Assembly (NCBI RefSeq): GCF_009914755.1
Contig: NC_060926.1
Source: the human T2T-CHM13v2.0 reference genome, Homo sapiens
Length of the DNA stretch: 64,000 bases
Strand: one strand, 5' to 3'
Within the stretch, counting starts at the first letter, position 1. Each line of letters starts with the position of its first letter. Below the pieces are notes generated by a model that worked only from the letters and a program-made list of their open reading frames with translations, ran no database searches and was not told where the DNA came from. The translations under genes and the position numbers were made by a program. Below, one piece after another: positions 54,387-64,000 of this stretch.

Positions 54387-57300
54387 TGAAGTATGTTTAA
54401 TAAAGTAATAGAAATCTTACATCACAACTTAACACTTTAATCACTCTAACTTATTTTTAATAAATACTTCTAGACCTTCTTTTTATATATATATGCTTAT
54501 AATCCTCCTTTCCTATCACTTTAAAGTTGAAACTCCACATCTGTAATTTACTGTTTATTTGAAGGGGGTTTAGAATGGTTTTTCATTGAGAAATCCCAAG
54601 AGTTGGATAGTAATGTGAGTAACCAGTAATTGTATATTTGTCTTATTTGAACACAGTGGGAGTACAACCATAGGAATAGTGGAGTGATTTGGAGAATCAA
54701 GAAGCAGAAGCACTTGTTATTTCCTGATTTGCTTCATTCTCTTTGAATTTCTTTTGACTTCTCTTATTTTTCAGGTCTAATGATTTAGTATCATGAAATT
54801 ATTCACTAATATTTTACTCCAACCTGAAGTTAAAACTTGAACTGAAAATTTTCCCTTAAGTTCACCAGTCAATCCTGACTCTATCATTTGGTGAAGTTGT
54901 TAAAGAAAAAATTTTAAGAGCCCCCGCTCCTGGTTTCAATCAATAACATTATTTCATTAAATTTTAATTTCAGATGAAAAACTTAAATTGTTTGAGAGAA
55001 TTTGTATATCTGGATAAGCTGGAGCCATAAGCTATAATTATATCACTAGAGAATATTTTATTTAAGTCACGTTTCCAAAACTACCATCAACATACCCTGT
55101 GTACAGTATCCTAAACAAAGCAAGGTGGTCTTCTATCAGTAAAAGCTTATCTCTTTATTTCATAGATACCCAATATACTTGGCCATCACATGTAATCTTA
55201 CTAAATGATCCAGGACCTCAGAAGCCTAAGGAAAAAAGACCATCTTAAACCTAAACATAATTGTGTTTTTTTTTTAAATTAAATCTCCAAATTAGTAAGT
55301 TTGTATTTCTTGATTGAATTCACTGATTTTCTTTGCAGATGCTCTAATGGTGTTAGAGTTACTCAGAGATTCTGAAGAGTGCTGAATATATTACAGTCAT
55401 ATCATTTTGAGCTCTTTTGAAAAGATCTTTAAAAATTAGTCTAATATAATCATAGACGAAATTTTAGTGATTGTCTTTGTTTTAGATTTTTTCCCAATGT
55501 TAATTTTCTTTTAATTAAAAAAATTTTATATTCTATTTATTACATCAAATATAAATCATTAAGTAAAAAAGTATAAAAATAACATGTGAATAAATGATTA
55601 AGTAATTCAACTAGTTACATTTTTTTAAACTTAGTTGACATACTATTGAGTAGATATCAAATGCACAGCACTTAAAATTTAATATTTAAATGTTACTTTC
55701 TTTTTTAACAAACATTTTATTCAAATGTATCTATTCATTAACCAGCATTTAGTTTTAAATTTAATGTACTCAAAAGTAGGTGTTTCACCATTGTAAGCTC
55801 TGATGATACAAAAATAATGAATTTACTCTATATTTCCTGATGAGTTCTTAATCTAGATGCATTTTGAAAACCTAAATTTATTGACCCAGCAATCAGAGTA
55901 CATTGATATTTGTCAAATATGTTGAAATGTTGGCATTTTCCTTCATGTAAGTCTTCAATTTTGAGTTAGTGATTTTACTTTAATTCAAGGAAGAGGAACT
56001 CTTTCTAGAATGTCTATATTCCCATTTCTGCACATTTTCATATATCTAATACCTTCTATGAACACATATAGTGACCAAGGACCAGCATGTGTATTTCCTA
56101 CTCAAGATTTAGTCCTATCTATAAGTTAATATAAAAAGTTTTATTTTGTCATTTTTTTGCCAAAGTATAAATTAGGATGACAGTAAGAACTCATTTTGGA
56201 AATCCTTCAGGTTTTATAAATGTACTGCTCATACCTGAGGATATGTAATAAACAAACACTAAATTATCAGTGCTTGATAATATGGATGCAGATTTTTGTC
56301 ATTGTAGGAGCTACAGCTTATCCACTGGAATTTAATATTGTGATTATTTTAGTCTGTCAGCAGAAGCAGCTTGGTATACTCTTTTTAGGTCGCTGCAATA
56401 TGAGTCTGTAACAGAGGCATTTTCATCAGTTTTCAAGTAATAGTGGTTTATAGGAGAAAGAAATTATTAATACCTCTCTGCCTCAGGATTGGTGTGACCC
56501 ATCATAGTGAGAGTTTAGTCAGCGTTTACATACTCCTGAGATGTGTTGTATGTTTTGGAAAGGAGACATGAAAAGAATTAAGTGAAGGAGTTAAAAGGAG
56601 AAATTGGACATCTTAGTTTTCCTAAAGGTGTTTTTCTTGTTTTGTGTTTTATTGCCTTGGAAGAAGTATTGTGATTTACTTCTTTTAATGTATAAAAGCA
56701 AGACTATATTCCAAATCTAAGTGCAAATTATTCTTGAATTAATCATATTACTATCCATTAGCAATCACAAAAAGTATAGCTAAGATGACAATCCTTATAG
56801 AAAATACAAATTTCACACATTAAATGTCAACGTCAATATTTTTTGAAGCTTAGAATGTATTGCTGTTCAAAATATTTCACCCAAGTATGGCTATCATATA
56901 TTCACTCTAGTAGTCAGAAATAGACCCAATTCTCTTGGCCCTTCATCTTTTGTATTGGAAATACTTGAGAATATTGCATTGTACCCCATAAACAAATTTA
57001 ATATGAATACAGTGCATTATTATTCAAATAGTATAAAATAATTTACATTCCAAAAATATGTGTCATTTTCTCTATGTCTTCACATTAACCCAGTTTAAGA
57101 AGAACATATTAAGGGTATCAAATTAGTTTCTGTTAACAGCATTTAAAAAAATCCAAATTTAATGTTGAAACTACTTTGTTAGTAATACAATATTTCCTTC
57201 CAGTTTGTATTTGTATGTTTCATGGTAAAATAAATCTTTGATTTTGTTCTATTTATAATACTGATTCCAAATTTTAAACTCCCGTGAAAAATAAGATACG

Positions 57301-58239
57301 TACAAAACTACACTAATGGAGGCAAAATATCATTGAAGATTGAGAAGTCTTACTCCACATAAGTGCAGATTCAAAAAAAGCCAATCTGTTTCATGTAAAT
57401 GTTAACATTTTTTTCTCCCCATTATGCATTCCTCAAAATATTGGGGAAAATATGTGGGCTATATTAATAAAGTTCAAAAATTAAATTGAAAATATTAGTA
57501 ATACAAATATAAATAACAAGATATAAATAATATATAATACAATTACTTTTAATATATTCTATCCTTTTATTTCTAATATTTTTAACACTTATCTAAGAAA
57601 CATTTTGATTTACTGCATTTGAGACTATTTATATCCAAAACTCCTGAGAGAAGACCTTCAATCAGTGTTTCCTCAAATTTAGAATAAAGATTTATCATAA
57701 TATTATATTGATTTCCAAATGAACACAGTAAGTTGGTTAATTTCAGCTTCATACAAATGCAGTTGTTAGTATAATATGATAATTTCCCTTTAGAATAACT
57801 AAATCTTGATGCTACAATATAATATTTGCAAAGAGTTAAAGAGCAGATTATATTTTATTGTTCTAGGAATTAAGAAAAATAACCTATAATTCATGAGAGC
57901 ATAAAGTGAAAGAAGAAAGATACTTGTTTTAAATCACAAATGAATGCAATTACTCATAGCCCACTGATGTGGTTTTTATATGTTCTTTTAAAATTTGGTA
58001 TCATTTTTATTATTTGAAAACTTTAAAAAGAAAAGCTAGGGATTTTTATACCAAAGAAAGAATCCTATAATCACGCCCCAACTAAATTGTTCTTCTATCT
58101 GAGTGGTTATTCTTTGTCATTTTGGCAAAGAATCTCAGAATTAGAAATACTCTGTGTCCTAAATTACCATACAAATGGTAATGCGTGAATATGACACCAT
58201 GGAAACCTAAAATTTAACTCTGTGTATTTTTTATTGCAG

Positions 58240-58301
58240 ACAAAACATGGATGCATACACCTGAAGCTTTATCAAAACATTTCATTCCCTATAATGCAAA
58301 G
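58240..58301 (+). CDS. GULP1: GULP1 second coding exon (62 nt): (D)[20 protein letters not shown], leading into the PTB domain
   Basis: Branch-like tttaac, tattttttattgcag| acceptor, AAG|gtaaaa donor; phase-1 join G|AC = Asp gives 90 nt / 30 aa in frame. Confidence 0.95.
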
Positions 58302-58728
58302 GTAAAAATAGTTCATTTATTATTTAATTTTATTTTGTTATAGTATCATTACTAATTCATGGCTAATCTCAGATTGCTTATGTATTGACATTTCCTGGTT
58401 ATTGATTCCTGAAAAAAGTTTACATAAATAAAATAATTGTGGCATGGGAAGTTATTTTTCTCTGTAGAATAGTTTCTCTTTTTAAAAGTGTATTATTTAA
58501 AATTACTGTTTTAGTCAAACGTGTTTTCTTCAAGTGATTTTTGTTATTGTTAAAAACATTTGCAATATCATGGCTTGTAGAAACTCAAACCACTAACAAA
58601 TTAGCTTTCTTTAAAAACATTAATGTTACATTATACAACCTAAATATAAAAACCTGCAAATGAGAGAAATGAGCTGCAATTTTCATAAATGTAATTATCA
58701 TTCAAGAAAAAAGGAACAAAGTTTAAAT

Positions 58729-59016
<288 letters not shown>

Positions 59017-60399
59017 TAAATTATTTTTAAAAAGCACACAAAAAGGTGCCTTTTAAAAATTCTTTTGTTCAAGTTGCTGCATTTTAATAGAGAAATGGAA
59101 ACATTAATCTACGCTCTGTGTCTTTAAAGATTTCATTTGTTGTTGAAAAAAATGAGTGAATTCAGTTTAAAACAGAGACTTTAAAGAAAGGTGCTATTTT
59201 GTAGTTAATTATCACCAAACTTGTAATAATTTTCAGAGAGATCTGAGTCAAAATTTCGAAGAGACAGAAATGAGTTAAAGAGGGGATTGGAAATATTAGC
59301 GTCAAATTTAAAAGCAACTGAACTTTGGAGACAGAATAGGGGAAAACAAAACTATAATATCTTTATAAGAGAACTTAAACGTTTATGGATTAGTGAAGTA
59401 TACACTGGGATACAGTGAGATTAGGCATAGCAATTATTTCAGGAAAAATTAAAGAATGTTTATTGAGGAGAAAATTAACGGTGTTTGGTAGGAAACATCT
59501 AGAGTTCTTACCTAAGTCTGAATCAGAAGGAAGAAACATTTAAAAGCCTATGTAGAAGAAGTTCTTCCAGAGCTGTTGTTCAGCAGCGAAATTTGGAGAG
59601 TGCACCATCTCTTATTTTTTTCTTGCTGACTTACCAGCAAAGAAATCTGAAATATTTTCTGTGTAAACATATTATACTTGAAATCACTGCAGTGCTTATG
59701 AATTTTTCTATAAACTTAACATAAAGGCTGATTGCCCTAATTTAGCATGAAAAGTTTAGTTAACTGAATGAGAAAAATTGTTTATGTTATCCATCATTTC
59801 CACAGATATTGTTTGTATTAGCTATTGGTATACTATATGAAATCTATACTGAAAAAATTTTAATCTGGAAAGCTGCTATGATTTTAAAATGCATGCTCAA
59901 TTTTTTATATTATCAATCATAGTGGAATTATATGCTCCAGTTGAAACCATTAATATTTTTATGTGACTGATATGCCTCATTTTGAAAAACAGCTTTATAA
60001 AAGATTAAAAGGTTATATTATAATTAGATCTACCTTTAACTCCGCCAATCATTCTGCTTGTCTACATGGAAAAGTTGCCAGTGCCAATTCACAGGTGCAT
60101 AACAATTTTAAGACATTCTACAGGAAGTAGAGGGTGCAAAAACATCTTCCCAGACTGGGAACAGTAAAATATGGAAGGGCAGGATGATTTTGTCTACTAT
60201 AATATGGCCTCATGAGTGATAATATATATTGTATGTGTACCAAGTAGCATTAAATTCATTTGAAGAATGTTAGTTTTTTTCTGAAGTCCTTTGTTTGTGG
60301 CACTTATTAGGATGACCTCATAGTAGAGTTACTTTTTAAGATATCCTGTATCTCTTGTTATAGAATATGCCACTTGAAAACCAAATCCTTGACCACAGA

Positions 60400-60620
60400 A
60401 AGTAGCTTGGCACAATAGAAAAAAAAATACAGACTCTAGAGCTAGATTCCTTGGTTTATATCATGACTCCAACACTTATTTACTGTATGCCTTTGGGAAA
60501 ATTGCTTAACCTTTCTATGTCTGTGATTACTCATCAGTAAATAGGGATAGTAACAATAGTAATTTCTCACTTGAGTTGTTATAGACATAAGGAAGTTAGT
60601 GCTACAACAGTGTCTGAAAG
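60400..60620 (+). mobile_element. MIR relic
   Basis: gactctagagctaga.tcctt...ctttgggaaaattgcttaacctttct...ctcatcagtaaataggg. Confidence 0.65.
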
Positions 60621-60624
60621 AGTG

Positions 60625-60860
60625 GAATTTTTTTCTCAGGCAACCATCAGTTCTGTCCCTCAGTTCTGTTCTTAGAGCCATTCAATTCACTGGATCTGGC
60701 TCATCCAGATTATCCAGGATAATCTTTACATAAAGTGAACTGATTAGAGATGTTAATCGTATCTATGAAATAACTTTACAGCAACACCTAGATTAGAATT
60801 TGATTGAATAACTGGGCACTATAACTTAGCCAAGTTGACACATAAAACTGATCTCATACA
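60625..60860 (-). mobile_element. MLT2 (ERVL) LTR fragment
   Basis: ccagattatccaggataatct...gcaacacctagattag..tttgattgaataactgggcactata.cttagccaagttgacacataaaa. Confidence 0.75.
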
Positions 60861-63074
60861 AGTATTAATGATGGACAAGGTTAAAAAGGCAAATTGGGAA
60901 GGCTTTGAATGGCAAAAGCAACAGTTTGGATTGTAAATGAATCCAACAGGATTTTAGGAAGATAAATCGGTAGTGATAAAAAAGTCAGTTTGAATCAAGA
61001 GTGTTAGAATGACATTAAACCTCTTAGGAAGTTATTTTAATGGTCCAAGTATGTGGTAATAAGTTTACCATAGGGTAGTAGATAAATTTGCAGTGGAAAA
61101 TAAAGATGTGCTTAATATTCCAGAGGAAGAATTGATATAAAATAGGAATGGTATATAAGTAGAGAATAAGAAAAAATATCTATTTTCATCCTGGCTAAAA
61201 GAGAGACTCATCATACCATTAAAAGATTCCTACTACTTCACTCACTTTTGGCATCCACTGGTTACAAATTAATCTGATAAATTTAACAGAACTACTTAAG
61301 AATTATTATTCTCCCTGGAGAAATATGTAATAACATTTATGTTTAAATGTCTTCAGTTTTAAAGCATTAGTGTTCTGTTTTATTTTATAATTCTTTTTTA
61401 GAACACATTTTATTTCTACATTCTTTCAATTTATGGAACATTGATTTCAAAAATTCACATTTAATATTCATAGTGTAATGATTTGAGATCATTTGTCGAT
61501 ATAAAATAATAAATGGTTTAAAATAAGCATTGTTCTATGTAGGGTTCATTAGTTTTGGAGTTTTCTTTAACGTGCAGTGACAGCATTAATATTAGTTCAT
61601 TGGGAATCTTTTATATTATCCTGTGTACTCTGTAGTGATGTTTCCAAGCTAAAGGTTATTACCTATGAAAAAATGTGGTCATGAAATCAGGTAGTAGGTC
61701 ATAGGGACATATATTTAGAGATGGGTAGCAAGGGCAAAAAAGGTGATTGCAGTTCAAGCTGAGTAGGAGCTAGAGGAGAAGAGTACTGAGAATTTGGATG
61801 TATTTTGAAAGTAAAGTTGACAGAATCAATAGATTAGGTATTAGATTCTATTGCTACTATAATTAGAATGTTAATGCAGAAATTTAAAAAATTCTGTTCC
61901 CTTCAATTTTTTATGAGAATGCTAAACTCTCTTTTCTATAAAGATAAAATGCTGGCAGACTTGTATTTTAATCAATTTATTTTTCTGTTAGAGTGAGACA
62001 GTCATTTCCTAGATGAAGAATTGTGACAAATGTTTCATTGAAACTTTTTTTATTGAATGTTTTATTCTAAAATGTATAATTATCCCCCAAAAAGTTTAAT
62101 GTATTTATCCTTTTATGAAAAATCTATCTTTAAGATATACAAAAATGCAAGGATGTTTAAGAATGAAGTTATAAAGAGATTACTACCTTACTTTGCATGA
62201 GGCAGCAGTAAAGAGAGTGAGTATTCCTTGATTATCTGTCTACTGTGTTCCAAGCTCTAAAAGTGAGCAAATGTAAAACAAATAGTAACACGGACCTTCA
62301 CCTTAAAAACTTATGACGTCCCTGTGGAGAGGAAACAGTCATATGAAACATAGAAAGAATTTTGGAAGAAAAGTACATAATGATAACCAACATCATGTCG
62401 TTATCTTCTAAACTATGGAACATCTTAAAATCAAATATAGAAATATAATATAACGCATTCCTTGCAAACCCTTTCAAAACCATGTCAGGGAGTTTTACAA
62501 GTGAGAAAACTACATAGCTAATCAACAACAAAATAAAATACAAATGTCAAGGAGAGGTTTACAAAGAAAGATTACCTTACATTTCAAAGTTTTCTAGAGG
62601 TGTCAGAGTTTTACATATGACACGTGCACTGTTTGCCACTTCGTTTGTTTAATCAGAGAGAAGGCTTGCTGGCCCAGTGAGTTGTGTGGTTTCTAGTGTG
62701 GCTTTCTCATCTTTACAACCTAAATTTGCCAACAAAAAAATTACCTATGAGCCTTTATTTGGGTTCAAAATACAAACAAAATGACAAAGAACAAAAACAC
62801 TGCCTTCATCCCCTCCACACACAAAATATGTAATATCAGATGTGACAGTAAGATATTAGAACTTGAGGATTCTAACCCTTAGTTGGTTGAAAACCACGTT
62901 GGACACTTATGTTTCAAACTTTTAACTAAACCTGCCCAATAGTAATCCTAGAAAAATCAGAACCTACGTATCTGACATGCTCAGATGCACCCCTCAAGAG
63001 TAAGCTCTATACCAACAACTCCACTGATTCTACCAGAATTTTATAGCCATATAGTTGCTGCATCCTATTACAGT

Positions 63075-63300
63075 AATTAGAGCAGCCATTTCTGGGTCAA
63101 ACTATTTGGGTTCAAACTTCTCCTCTCTCAACTGTTATCAGAATTATGTAACTTTTCTGTCCTTGAGTTTTTTTACTTGTAAATGAGATTAATAACTACA
63201 AATATCAAACTGGTTTGTTAGGAGATTTAAGTGAGTTAATATATTTTTTTAAAACTTAGATCAGTGTTTGGTATGACAAAAGTTTATTGTTATTAATATA
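63075..63300 (+). mobile_element. MIR relic
   Basis: tgggttcaaac...agttttttta.ttgtaaatgagattaataac...gttaggagatttaagtgagttaat. Confidence 0.6.
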
Positions 63301-64000
63301 GTTGTTATAGAAAGTGTTCTGTCAACTCTGGAGTTGACACTAGTCATTACTATCTCTTGAGAATAATGTAGCATTGAAAAACAGAGAATGAACTACTTAG
63401 AATGTGTATCAGGTATTTTATTTTTTCTGTTTGCATCAACTGAAGTACTTGCAGTGACCACTCTGAAAGGTTCTATGGGGAAGGAATGCTTTTTCCTGAA
63501 GCACAACAGGAGACTCAATACGGCCACCTTGGTGGAATTATATGCAAGAGAATGCTTTGATCATTAAAGAATAATACTGTTGTGATTATACTTTCCTATT
63601 ACCTTGAAGTAATAGGAGATACTTTGAGGTAACAGCATTCTGGAACAAAATATTAATGCAAAGATTGTCCTGGTCTTAAAATCAAATATAGAAAGATAAG
63701 GTAGTCCTTGTAAACCTTTTGAAACCATTAGGGAGTTTTACAAGTAATCAGTTAATGAAGAGAGAAAGTTACAACATTATTTGGCTTAATGAGTCATAGT
63801 AAAGACGGGTCTTAATATAAAAAAAAATAATTTTACTAATGCTCTTTAAATTGTTTTTTGAGAACATATGATAAATTACCCTTCAATGAAATATTAAGAT
63901 TGGTATATGACCTAATTGAAAAAAATTCAGGTTTTAGAAATAAATGACATCTATTAGTGTGTCAAAAAAAGGAAATGAAAGAAAAATCTTCAGATTCAAC

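Noticed and set aside
55320-55400. Strong acceptor-like site ttttctttgcag|atg between the two GULP1 exons
   Set aside because: No convincing partner donor; decoy acceptors are common in T-rich introns.
63320-63339. 9-bp inverted repeat TGTCAACTC-TG-GAGTTGACA
   Set aside because: Within chance expectation.

Overview
Primate (human-like) AT-rich, repeat-dense intronic DNA from the GULP1 (CED-6 homolog, PTB-domain engulfment adaptor) gene, transcribed on the + strand. Two small exons are visible. The start-codon exon (52468-52539) and the next coding exon (58240-58301) splice to [30 protein letters not shown], the N-terminal 30 aa of GULP1 as I recall it. The supplied ORF track misses both; its ORFs are repeat-derived or random. 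The rest is intron filled with transposons: a MER4-group ERV with nested MSTA, MER39-like LTR and Alus, a complete THE1 element, two antisense L1MA-type LINEs, solo LTRs, Alus and L2/MIR/CR1 relics. I see no new multi-gene system. The most unusual structure is the MER4-group ERV at 744-8624. It has the layout of a retroviral RNA (R-U5-PBS-internal-U3-R, A-rich tail, ~13-bp target duplication) rather than a provirus, which suggests L1-mediated retrotransposition. Repeat subfamily names come from recalled consensus sequences, not from a database search.
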